From positions 24,613,504 through 24,677,503 of the forward strand of contig OZ037765.1 in NCBI GenBank assembly GCA_964035545.1: a stretch of DNA of 64,000 nt, read 5' to 3'. How positions within the stretch are numbered: the stretch's first letter is position 1; the number at the start of each line of letters is the position of its first letter. This DNA comes from Bugula neritina. Its lineage: Eukaryota; Animalia; Bryozoa. The notes under the pieces were generated by a model. That model ran no database searches and was not told the DNA's origin. It worked only from the letters and a program-made list of their open reading frames with translations. Both the position numbers and the translations under genes were made by a program. This document shows positions 1 through 12,443 of the stretch, one piece after another.

Positions 1-79
1 ATTATAAAACACTGTAAATTGTAGTACATAGTAAAAAAGTATAGTGCTATATAAACTTTATTTTTTGTTTATGTTTTAG

Positions 80-1342
80 TACTCCACGGTGGTTTTAATA
101 TTGCTCATTTGTGAATTGGCTGGATTAACAGTTGCCTGGTTTTTCTTTGATAAACTAGACAATAAAATGATATTTTATTTGGACAATTCATTGAAAAATG
201 TGTATAATGGAACCTTTGTACCTGGAGCTGATGATGTAGGATTTACCTACTCCTCTAGAGGGAGTGCCATTACTCTGGCTTGGGATATAGTTCAATTGCA
301 GGTAATTGTTTTATTATAAAGCCAAGAAACAGGAATAAAAGTTTGAAATATTATCACTGACTAGTATTATTATGGTGAAACTCATTAGTTGTGATATTTT
401 ATAAAGGAATTTGGTTTATATAATCAAGCTATATATTTTTGCTGTTGTCCAAGTGTGCAATGTACACACGCGAACACACACACACGCACACACACGCACA
501 CACACGCACGCACACACACACACACAATAGTAACAGTTACACTGTACAATTGTTCACGCAGTACGACTGCTGTGGGAGAGCAGGTGGAGCAGACTATTCA
601 AATGAGACTCTGCTGTGGCACTCATACAGAGATGTTCAACTGTCCTCTGGTGAAGTCAAAACTTTGGTTATTCCTCCAACTTGCTGCATTGTTGAAGGAG
701 GCTCAAAGCAACTGATTTCTGATTTTAAAAAGACTGAAGACAGTACTGCCTCTGTGTTTACACTGGAAACCCCTGAATGCCCATACTCCTTGCCTGAGCC
801 AGATTTTGATGTAAGAATTTTACTAATCTCTCAGCAGCTACATCATTTTATTTTCTGTTAAAACATTATTATAATTAGATCTAAAGGTCTGCAAAATATT
901 CGCATTCAATGAGCAAATAGTGATGAATGTTTGTTTATAATTATGCACTGAGCCAACATTGAAAGATGAACAAAATTATTATTGTTCTGCTTTGTACAGG
1001 GTTGTTATGAAGAAATAAAAGACGCCATTAAGGACAACAGTGTTATTTTTATTGCTATTGGAAGTGCAACGTTGGGTGTTCAGGTAAAAGCTTGTAATGT
1101 ATATTACTTGTTAATTTTGCTCCCAGTTGACTAAATAGTTTATAACACTATAGACGTTAACTATAGTTTCCTAGCCTTTTAATGCTTTCTCTGATCACTT
1201 GCTTACCATGCAAAAACTGAACCAAGTCAATTTATTGTTGCAGCTTCTTTGTGTGCTCTTTTCCTTTTGCTTGGCCAAGAAAGATGACAGTCTAGTAGAC
1301 CAAACAGAAGTCTTGGAATTAGATGAAAAAACTTTAGATTAA
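80..1342 (+). CDS. Tetraspanin family protein, 3' part (5' exons lie upstream of the window)
   Basis: Exons about 80-301, 562-810, 1000-1083, 1244-1342 with GT-AG borders. Translation gives TM3 (VVLILLICELAG), 'AWDIVQLQ|YDCCG' (CCG motif), 'PPTCC' (PxxCC), 'GCYEEI', TM4 and stop TAA at 1340-1342. Confidence 0.9.
465..527. repeat. (CA)n/(CACG) microsatellite in a tetraspanin intron
   Basis: Direct reading: acacacgcgaacacacacacacgcacacacacgcac... Confidence 0.9.
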
Positions 1343-2523
1343 AAACAGTCAGCTTATATTACAAAGTGAATACATAGATATAATTTTAATAACAGGTCAA
1401 CTAATTTTTACAATTTTATCTTTGTATTTTGAATTTATTCCATGAACATAATATTATTATATTGATAAAACAAGCTATTATTTACTCATTGCATATTTAT
1501 ATTCATGTAGTAAGTCAAGAAAAGAATTTTAGCCAAGTTGATATTAAAAGATTATAAGTGAACATATGTTTTTATATGATCATGTGTGAATAAAAATATT
1601 TACATTCAAACACAAGTGCATTTACTGCTTCTAAACCATAATAATGTGGAGTTGAACAATTATGTTTGTAAAATCATCAATGCCATAAAATATAACAAAG
1701 CTATACTTATACAAATGTTAGGTCTAATGCCTAACTAGATTTGATTATCAAAATGTGATTTGTTAAAGAATTATTTTACCATCGATATTCAAAATGTATA
1801 GAGCTGTGAAATGTTTTTATGAAGCAAAAAATCAAACTACATATAAAAAGCAACTAACTTTAGACTCAGCTCAAAAGTAAATTCAATATCCGATTGCTTT
1901 TGGTGAAACTGCATTTCAGAAAAATAAAATCTTAAAGTAGTTTGTAGTTTGACTTTTCCACATATGTTAATGGATAGTAGAAAATTATGTAATGAATAAT
2001 GCTATGGCAACATTTGATATATAGAATATTTTTTTCACAAATGAAAAGCAGATAGAATTAAAATCTTGCTTAAAATATTTATTTATATAATTATGATAAT
2101 GAAAAACCATAACAAGAAATTATCATACATGTTTGTAAAAATAAAAAACACAATACATGAGATTCCTTCTCAAAGATGATGTTTGAGCGAAATTTGTATG
2201 ATAAAATACAATAAATTCAAATCTTTTAGAGACATGATTTCAAAAATCATTTTGAATAACTTTGATGACAGATAATTTAATCAACTACATTTTCTAGTCT
2301 TATTTTTAGTGACTGAATTGAAGAGAGATTTCAGTAAGCAACAGCTGCATAAAGGGAACAAAATAATTATTAAAATGTGTATACGATGAAAAGTTTTCAA
2401 GAGTATAATAACAAAGGGGATAGAGATTCAAAATGCACATGCCAAACAAGAATAAAAATGCACAACACGATATAATTTTACAAGAATAAGTAGCCACAAA
2501 TCACACCAATAAGTATTGTAGAA

Positions 2524-5500
2524 TTATGCATCGCACACAATCTCAGCCCAGGAGCTAGCTTGACGCCCATACTACAAGAGATTATATTGATTCGTTTGAG
2601 CATATACATAAAACACTCATGATAAATCATCAGTTTACACACGGCATTATATCACATATCACAATATTATACTATTTATAGAGTCTACATTTTTATCATG
2701 AAGTCAGGAGATAATGTCTCTTAGACGATTAAAAGTCAAAATCTATATTTTTATAATGAGTCTTAACCAGAAAATTGTAGCTAGAGAAAAAAATTCTTTG
2801 ATTAGAAAGAAATTATCATAAGTATAATTCCACAAATTATATTAGTAATTTGGTTATCTGTTATTGAAAGTGTGGTGGAAAATGCCAATATTAACTCTTG
2901 TTGGCTTGGACATGGTTTGTTGCTGGTTAGCATAATTATACGTTGACAGCTTGTGGTATGAATCGTAGGAAGATGATTATAATGTTTGAGCACTTATTTC
3001 AGCTGCAGTGTAAGGGGGGGGGGGGGTATCATAATGACACAGTGATCATTCAAAAGATAAATAATGACTGATCAACACCCTGAAGTAAATAATTTAATCT
3101 CTAGCAAAATAGATAAATACTTACGTAAATATCGTTAAGTATTTTGTAAAACTTTAAAAATAGAGGATCTGCTGAGTGCGCTGGAGCAGACAAATCCAAC
3201 TTTGGAATAGGAGGCAGGAGTAGTTCTTCACCCTTGTAGAATATCTTCTCTACAGGGCAGACCACACATGCTGTGCCAGCTCCAAAGCATTCCATCAACT
3301 GCAATGCAACAACTACTAGTAAAGAGTTTCCACATAGCACAGTTTAATAGACCAATTAGGACTAAACGGATTTGATGAGAAACGCTTTAATAGACCACAA
3401 TAAATACTACTTGTACTAGTTAATATATGTGCTTGTATACTCATAAAGGCAAGCATTAGCAAAATTTGCACTAACTATAGTCAAACACATTTGTACTGAG
3501 TAAACTAGACAAACAGGAAAATGTTTCAGTAACAAACTAACCCGGTTATCATTCAGTGCCTGCACTAACTCAGCCATAGTAATTGGGCGCTGAGAAACTT
3601 TAATATTGCCCATAGATTCAGCTAATTCCAACAGACTTCTTCGTACTACACCTGGCAGTATTGTACCCTGTGAAAGAGGTGGGGTGACTAATTCCGCTTC
3701 TGGAAAGTTAAACATATAAATTATTAGCAATGTTGAAAATATAAAACAGAAAGACTGGTTTCATAGATAAAACGTATCTTATAAATAGAAACTTTACTAA
3801 GTATAAAATCCATTATATAAGGCATATATACATACGGCCTTGAGAGTCTTTGAGATAGATGAACATGTTCATTGTACCGCACTCAGTAATGTAGTGCTCC
3901 TCCCCAAACAGCCATAGAACTTGCTGATAGCCTCTTGATACAGCCTCTTTTTGGATCATGACAGTTGGTCCATAATTCCTAACAATATCAATTGTGCCCA
4001 ACATTTTAGACATCTATTGCCTGAATTTGAAAATAAGTCTATTTTTGGAACAGGAGACAGTTGGGTAAGCCGCCAGAATTTCTACACCCTATATTGTATC
4101 TAATCAATTGAGTATTGGTAAATAAAAATCTAGCAGACTACAATGAAAAGCAGATTTTATAACCAAGTTTTTGACAGGTAATAAATTTACTCAATACTTA
4201 CGAACCAATCTTGCGGTTGCCACTACCACCTGGCCAAGCCCTCACATATTTGGGATCAGCAAGCAATGACACTGGTTTCATACCTGTAGGAAAATATGGA
4301 CCTACTGGGGAAGCTATGACATAAAGTAAAGCTTCAGCTGATTGGTCTACTCCAAGAGATGGCTGAAACAATGTCGACAAAAATAAAAGCAGTATGTTCC
4401 ATTTTATAGAGTAACATATTATCTATTTATTAGAGAGACGGAGATGTTTGATTAAACCAAATTAAACACAGTCATTGTTGCACAGACAGATTGCTATGAT
4501 AATGATGAGAGAATATGAGGAACTACAGGCACTGTCACTGCTTCAAGAAGGAAGATAAAACAAGATAGCTTTACAATGAGCTATCAACATGATTAACTAC
4601 TACAGCAGGTCCACTATAATAACAGGGTGTAGTATCTAAAATGAAGTTAAATTGAGCATACCAAAATATCTACAACTTCCTAATTCAAACTAAAATCATA
4701 GAACAAACTTTAACCAATGTAATGGCAAGGTTATATTGGGGCTTGGAGAGTTTAAAACATGACATATACAAATAAAGCTAATGAGCATGTGTTATGGCCA
4801 AACTGACAACAGCTATCACAGAGCTAAACTTTGAAATACAGTAACCAAAGTTATGGTCCACATTGACTTTCTGGTCTGACCCATACCTCAGTTCCAATCA
4901 TGGTAGGGCGAATATAGAGGGAGAACCCAGGTTGGTCAGGGACCCAATTCTTTTCAACTTCAACGAATCTGTGCAGACACAATCTCAGCTCTTCTATGTC
5001 AAAGGTAGGAAGAGCAATTCTAGCGGCAGAATCATGCATCCTCTGACAGTTATCAGTTGGCCGAAACATGCGAATCTTTTTATCATCTCCGCAGTATGCT
5101 TTTGTCCCTTCAAATAGCTATAAACCGGCACGATGCATTTAAATGACAGAATAATTACATCATACAGTGCAGCTACATTGCCACTGCCAGGACACTAACT
5201 TGGCAACAGTTTTCCAGACCAACTTGTTAATGGATACTTTATGCAAATCCAAGTCTGGTTTCATAAAGTGCTATATAATTATAACCCCATGCCACCTATA
5301 CTAATAAACACATTAATGTAGCTTTACAACATCCAAGTTACTTGTAGCTATAGGTTATTCAAACCAAAAAACCAGCTCAACCAACACATTTCCAGAAATG
5401 CACCAACAGATAAAAAGTTATAAATACACTAACTTCAAGAGCGTAATGAAGACATTTAGCTGCTGGATCAAGAGGCAGAGGATGGTAGGGGGAGATGGTA

Positions 5501-6251
5501 GGACTGCCCCACCCAGTCACATTATTCCATGGCACTTCCAAAATGTGATCAGTCATGACTTTACCAAACTTCAATGAATCATCATTTGGAGGTATCAGTT
5601 TGGGATATTTTGTACGGGACTCTTGAATGTCTACAAACTAGAATCATACAACAAATAATATGAATTTATCACAAAGACAGCAGTTTATAAAAAAACCTCT
5701 GTGGGTGAAATTACGGAAAAATATACTTCAATGAATAAATAACAACTTGGTTAAAAACAAATAGATGTATTTGTGAACTTGCAATTCTCTTACAAAATAC
5801 TGGCAGATGTACATATTTTTAGCAGAAAAAGTTGTCAGTTCTAAAAATAGAGCCAAACAGATTTTAACACAAAACATGAAATTGAAAAGTAGAGCTACTG
5901 GTTACATAAACACCACATTCTGTAGGTATCAGGATATTGCTTACCCTAAATGTCTCTTGATATGAACGATGAACAAGACCTCTCTTGACCAATAACCCGC
6001 ACTAAAATACACAGGTAGAAAAGGCATTAACAGGCAAAATGTAAATTCCTTCATACATATGCAGCTAATAAACATAACTTGTAAACAACTTGCTAAAGCA
6101 ATGTTGTCTGAGCTTTTTACAAGTTTGATTAAACTTTTTTCTCTACTTTAAAAGTTGAAATTATGAAGAAAACCTATAGAAGCTATCACATGAAAATTCT
6201 CACCACTGATGCAGAGTATCTTGATTTATGTAAGAGTGTGTGAAGTGCCAT
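2524..6251 (-). CDS. BCAT: Branched-chain amino acid aminotransferase, probably mitochondrial
   Basis: Exons about 6204-6251, 5945-6001, 5434-5637, 4887-5117, 4202-4362, 3836-3978, 3542-3699, 3125-3298, 2524-2571. Class-IV PLP motifs: [51 protein letters not shown] (PLP Lys), [25 protein letters not shown]. The N-terminus [30 protein letters not shown] is basic and acid-free, like a transit peptide. Confidence 0.95.
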
Positions 6252-8559
6252 TCTTTTCTTGAGTAAAACAAGGAAGTGCTGGTTCTTGATTTAGTATTTC
6301 CTGTAATAAAATGCTTACTGATTATACTACACAACTACACCACACACGAACTGATTGTCAATTGTCAATGATTTGTTATTCAACTACAATTTATACTTAG
6401 TCAGTTTCAACACCCAACAATAGATTTACAGCTGAGTGATTTTCGTGATTGAAGGTTGCAACACATGTGCTTGTAAATAGCATGCTAACATTCTATGATA
6501 ATAAAGGGGAAACCTAGGAGCCTTCCATGCATTGGCATTTGGCCCGAGTGAAATATAGCCTGAAATAAAACATAACATCATAGATTATACTGGATGGCAC
6601 CATTTTTCCTATTGACAGTATGCTGTTGCGTAGTAATGAAAGCCATTTATGACCAGAGTGAAGGTTGATGCAAGTTTATTACAACAGTTGAAAGAGTATT
6701 GCAACGCAATCCAAACACAAATAAACGCATGACTATTGACAATGCATTGTATATAGTAAGTGTCTACAATAAAAATACATTTATTACTTTATTAGAGAGG
6801 CTATTAACAACCGAAATGCTTTATTTGTAAATTGCAAGCTCATTTATGAAGAATATAAACTGTGCACAGAGTATTACATAAACATGATGGACTTGCTAAC
6901 AAATGTGAATTATATAGCAGGAAGTTACAAGGTATAGCATAGAACGAAACTTCATATAGTAGCATATTATTATGTACAGCAACTGTTTCTCCAAAAATGT
7001 CAAAACTAAGAAAACTTTTTATCAAAGATTCTGGTAGCATAACAAACATTGGCGAAAATATACATATGATAGTTCTAATGCTAAACCAAATTAGTGGTAT
7101 CTTAATAATTATTTCTCAGTTTGCTTTTCTCAATAAACATGCTGTCATAAAAACTTTTATATCTATGACATTGCATTAATTAGTTAAATAATAAGAGAAA
7201 CTATTAGGCTAAGCTTATAACATAGATACTTATTGGTAGTAACCTTATTGCTTATACTTAGAGTAGACACTTTTTATACAAAAATGGCTACGAGATACAT
7301 ATAAGACAATATAAGCAGGCAGTAAACTGAAATAACACATTTTTATACCATAACTAGCCGTAAATCATTAGGACTAAAATGCAAGCTTTATTCAGTTTTT
7401 ATAACAAAACTATGTTTATTATAAATAATCATTTCCACAAAAAGTTAAACATAAACGTTGAGCGGCTTTCGTTAGCTTTTTGCAACTATTTGGTCATATA
7501 TTTTATACTGTTTTGCAGCTATATGCCAACTTCATGCAAAGATGCTGCAAGATGCAGGATTTTACAGCACCAAAAATTCCCAGTGCTAAAATATCCCTTG
7601 TGATGATGCATTAACAATGAATTACAAAGATCTTTAGTAAACATTCTTTATATTGATCCAAACAAAGACAATGAAACATAATATATGCTTGAAAAAGGTT
7701 TATAGGTAACATGCGTAATTGATCATTTACAGTACCTGGACATTTGTTATTTGAAAAGTTTTTAGAAAGCTTCAGCTTTTACACTGTTACAAAACTGTCA
7801 GCAGATGTACAGTGTTGTGTAAATGTTTAATTTACAAATAGCCATATTGAAACATTGACTTTTTGGTTCTCTCTAGATGCCTATTGCAAAAGTGGGGTAC
7901 CTCCAATGTGAACAAGTGCTTCAAATTCTATCTTGTAGCTGTTCGATATCAATTACTACATGGTTGTTAAAAAAATTTAGGCCAGCACAATAATTACACT
8001 GTGTGTTGCAGCAGTTAAGAATAGCCTGCAATGAAAGTGAGCGATAACTAGTATTGGTTTTATAATACCACTGACTTCAGAACCTAACCAAAATGTCATC
8101 AACATAAGCACAAAGCTTTATATAAATCAAAACTGTAAGTATGCAAATATGTCAATACTGCTAATTATTTATAATACTAATAACAAAATAACTATAACTA
8201 AACGTACACAAATACGACGTGAATAACAGTTATACATATACTTATGCCTATTTCTTTAAAGGAATAGTCTTAGAGTCTAATAAATAAGTAATTATTATTT
8301 CTGTCATCATATACCTATGGCTATACAGCCTATACTAGTATTATTACATGAAGTATTGGCAACATGATAAGGATCATAGTGATGGTGATAAAATATTTAG
8401 AAAGACAGACTGATTTATAATATTGATAATGCAAATCAAAATGTGCACCAGAGAAACACTCTATGTCCTATGATGATGATTATTATCGATATTTATAATA
8501 AAAAGTAATATACTTATCTTAATATTAATTTAAATTATGATTTAACTTTCAATTGTTAT

Positions 8560-9360
8560 GGACAGTTAATGTTATACTGATTTGATACTCTTAGTGATAT
8601 TATCACTCATAGTCAATGTAATACTGAGTCTGATGGTCAGTAGTATAATTATTACTAATGACAATAGGCATAGCCATACTCTAGTCATACTGATAGTAAT
8701 AGTATTACTAATACTACTACTACTACTAGTATCAAATGTGCTTATGAGCTATCAGTAACTGTAATGACCTCCTAATCATATTCATACCAATAGTGACTCA
8801 GAGTTGATACTCATACTAATACTAAACTACTTCATAGTCATCATCACTTGCCTATGAAACTGAATGTGATAGCCATAGTAGTTACTAGTCACTCATACTG
8901 ATAGTAATAATATTAATGCTGGTAGTGGTACTCATAGTCATACTCATAGTATCAGTCATAGTGATGGTGATCCTCCTATTCATACACTCATAGTCATACA
9001 GATACATTTACAGCTACTGTTGCTGTAACTCACTAACGCCAACGGTAACACTAGTGAGTAGTAAGACTTAAGAGTGACACTGTCACTATGAGTATGAGTA
9101 TGACTATCAATTTAAGACTTAGTCTTAACAACTACAAGTACAAGTGTGACACTGACAGTCATAGTTTTACTGCTGGTGCTACACTTACAGTTACTATTAG
9201 ACTTGGTAGTATTATTATTACTATTAGTATTATCATTACTAGTAGTAGTAGTAGTGGTACTACTAGTACTACGAGTACGTCTACTGAAACTCAAACTGAA
9301 AGTAGAACACTAACACTAACAGTAATTGTAAATTTAAATGTTATAGAAACAGTTTGCGTA
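8560..9360. repeat. Low-complexity 6-bp-periodic (TNA-NNN)n island in the BCAT 5' intron
   Basis: e.g. about 9083-9127 tca cta tga gta tga gta tga cta tca att taa gac tta gtc tta; about 9285-9345 tga aac tca aac tga aag ... taa cac taa cag taa ttg taa att taa atg tta. Confidence 0.85.
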
Positions 9361-9938
9361 TAAACAGCAATGTCATTTTAGGGCTGACGCTCATAATAGA
9401 TTAATATTATAGCCTTAGTTATATCAGTGATCAATAAAATAAATCAAACTTAAGTAAAACAATTAATTTACTAAGTTTTTATTAACTACGCCATTTAGCC
9501 ACGGAAAATTGAAACGAACTATTGTTGTTCTGCACACAGGACTAATCGGGTCCGTTCTATTCGACTTGAATTCGCAACAAACAAGAATGCGTCACCTTGG
9601 TTTATAAGGATCCATACAGTTACGCTATCACTTGTTCATTGTCTTCCTTTTGTAACCAACTATCAAGAGCAAATAACTTTTCAATGTATTATAATCGAAA
9701 TGTGTTGAAATCTAAAAAATTATTAATCTACTATCAATTTTTTCTTCCTACATAGAACAAAATGGTTCTGAGAATGATAATCCTAATAATTCAATAGCAA
9801 TAAATAACATTCTAAAAATGGCAGCAGTCTCCAACTCAGCAATGCAGTGTATTACAATGTAATAACCTGCTTGGTAATATTAAAGTATCATTTGCAGGAT
9901 GCATCTTGTATAAGAATTATTTTCCTGCTAATAGTTGT

Positions 9939-9951
9939 TGACCTTTGACCT
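9939..9951 (-). promoter_or_regulatory. Perfect DR1 nuclear-receptor element (AGGTCA A AGGTCA) upstream of the presumed BCAT first exon
   Basis: + strand TGACCTTTGACCT matches the HNF4/COUP-TF/RXR DR1 consensus exactly; function not shown. Confidence 0.45.
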
Positions 9952-11914
9952 ATTTGGTGGCTTTTCACAGCTGTTTATCAATAGATAGCTAAGTTGGTGG
10001 CTATGGGTGAAACCCCTTTTTAAGTTCTAGGAATAATGATGCAGTTCATTTTAGAGGAAATGTGCTTTTAGACCAATCTAGTAATTAGCCTATAGGATCA
10101 ATTACTGATAACTATGGGAATAAAATTAAGAAAGTATAATCGTTAACTTTTAAAATTTTGTGGTTACATGGTATATGTTTTTTACAAGCAAGAAAATCTA
10201 TAGCAAATAGCAATTTATTATGATCCGAACACAAAGTTTCCAGTAAGTAATGTTTTACGGTTATATGCATGAAATAGCAACATTTGCTGACGGGCAAAAA
10301 GTCAAACATTGTATGCTCAGGTGAACTAAAAGATTTATTAAGGTAATGCACTATATTAAAAGATAGCAACATATTTTTTTGGAAGCTTATAATCAACTGC
10401 ATGCTAAGGATGTAATATACAAGCGCTAGTTTATATCAACATTTCATTAATTGGGCTCAATCTAATCTTATCAAAAGCATTTGTGATATATAGGTACATG
10501 CTTGTTTTCAACTGTTGAGAGTGATTTTGAAAGAACATGAATTGCAGCAAGACATATGGATGGTCATCTTAGAAAGTGCAAGTTTATATTATAGTAGTAT
10601 TCTGCTGATGATTTAATATTGTATACTGCCAAAATGTTAAGATACAATGTCTTTGTTGCAATTTTGGTTTACACATGTGGCCAATATATATATTTTCTGT
10701 GGCTTGCATGCTTCATAGTGCTCCACCAGCAGTTATTAAAGTCTGGAGAAAATAGAGAAGATTTCTCAGTCTCACAATGCGTGTAGGATCCCAGAGAAGC
10801 ACGTTGAAGTAGTCTTCTGCACAAATATGAATTTCTTTTTATTCTGTCATTTTACTTCCAGCTGCAATTTTACTTGTTTTTACAGCAAAACTCATTAGAA
10901 AAAAGAGAAAAGCTATAGAATTGATTTCACTGTCAATCCCAAAAGTTAAACACAAATTCAACCACTTTTGCCTTGTATTTATATATACAACTATAAATCA
11001 TGTAGTAATTGAGATTTCTAAGAGCAAAACTACCTATGATTTATATTGAAATTAATTTATATTGAAATTTATAGAAATAAAATATACATGAATAGCATAT
11101 AGCCTATAATAAACACTAAACATTGATTAGAAGAAGTCAGTAAAACGCATATACTGCACAGTTATAAGAAGTTTATTTTTCCTTAGCTGGAACAGTTATA
11201 TAATACATGTAATTATTATAAGAAAAGGTTTAGACTTTAGACACTAGATATCAAAATCGCAATATACTGTGCAGTAGATAAGGTTAGAACTATGCATTGT
11301 GCAAAACATAGTATTTCAGATACATAATGCTAGCTTATATGCAGTTCTATACTGTATACATCATATTTTATGCACAGCCAAATCCATTAGGTAATGCAAC
11401 CCCCCCCCCCTCCCAAATGTTTGGTGTGTAAAAATTATTATCCAGTGATTCCAGTTCACAGATTTTGTCCTATATTAATATAACTTAGACATGCATTATA
11501 ATTTATACTTTGAATTCCTATTGCATAACACTGAAACATATAATTATGACTAAACTCGTTAATACTTAGCTTTTGTAGTACAAGTTCCTATCTACAACAT
11601 CAAAGCATATTTTATAGTCGTGGAGAAGTGCATTAGGCTATAAGCTATGGCAAAATCCATCTAGGGTATAATATTTGCATGCAGACATTCAATTTCTAAG
11701 TGCAATTCTTAAACATTGAATTTGAAACTTTTAAAAATTTATCTTCAAACTCATAAATTAAAGATGTAAAAGAAAATAATTCATAAAACAAACGTTGCCC
11801 AATTATTTACAGAAGCACGAATTTAGCAGTTCTTTAATGTTGGTGATATATTAACGTTGATACACACACCATATTGGCTGAGTTGTACATCGTTATCGAA
11901 GCGACGGTTTAGGT

Positions 11915-11945
11915 CACTGAACTGAAACTGGGTTATAGTTCAATG
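11915..11945. mobile_element. 31-bp hAT-like mini-insertion (family A)
   Basis: CACTGAACTGAAAC...GTTATAGTTCAATG imperfect TIRs, flanked by a perfect 8-bp TSD GTTTAGGT (11907-11914 and 11946-11953). Confidence 0.75.
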
Positions 11946-11971
11946 GTTTAGGTCATATACCACACTGCGGC

Positions 11972-12007
11972 CAGTGTGGTATATTAAATATTAAATATAC
12001 CACACTG
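11972..12007. mobile_element. 36-bp hAT-like mini-insertion (family B)
   Basis: Perfect 14-bp TIR CAGTGTGGTATATT / AATATACCACACTG with an 8-bp spacer, flanked by a perfect 8-bp TSD ACTGCGGC (11964-11971 and 12008-12015). Confidence 0.75.
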
Positions 12008-12443
12008 ACTGCGGCGAAGTTGATGCTCTCGTAGCTACACGGTAATTGCGAGATGTTAACAAACAAAAACATTCCCAGTACCCCTGCATCTGGGCTCTTT
12101 CGATCAACGCAACCGCTGATATGTTTTGATAATTATTTTGATGATGCAAGACGGTAAAACAATTTAAATTAAAAGTTTACTTAGGCTATAAATATACAAC
12201 GCTTTTATAAACCTAAATACACAACAATTTTGTATAAGTTGATCTGTTAAAGACACACAGAGCAAGATTAGCCCTCAGTTGGAGATTCAGATTGTCATTG
12301 TCATTTGTGATACTCATACTGATACTGGTAGTGATAGTCCCACTTGCGCTCACTCTCAGTTGGTGTAGCACTCACTGTGAGTGTGGCTTGACAACATTTT
12401 ATGCTCAAAATCCAAAAACATTGAACTATTTACACCAATCGCA

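Noticed and set aside
9088-9363. Ser/Thr-rich ORF here and similar 'THTDTHS' or poly-Leu ORFs at 12292, 32846, 45583 and 46353
   Set aside because: The 6-bp lattice confines stop codons to one frame and leaves the others open; they lie in 5' non-coding regions of real genes.
10700-10830. GC-richer patch with possible H/ACA-like boxes (AGAGAA...ACAAAT), or a short minus-strand exon
   Set aside because: Hairpins are unconvincing by eye and no family was recognised; it would need an Rfam/Infernal search.
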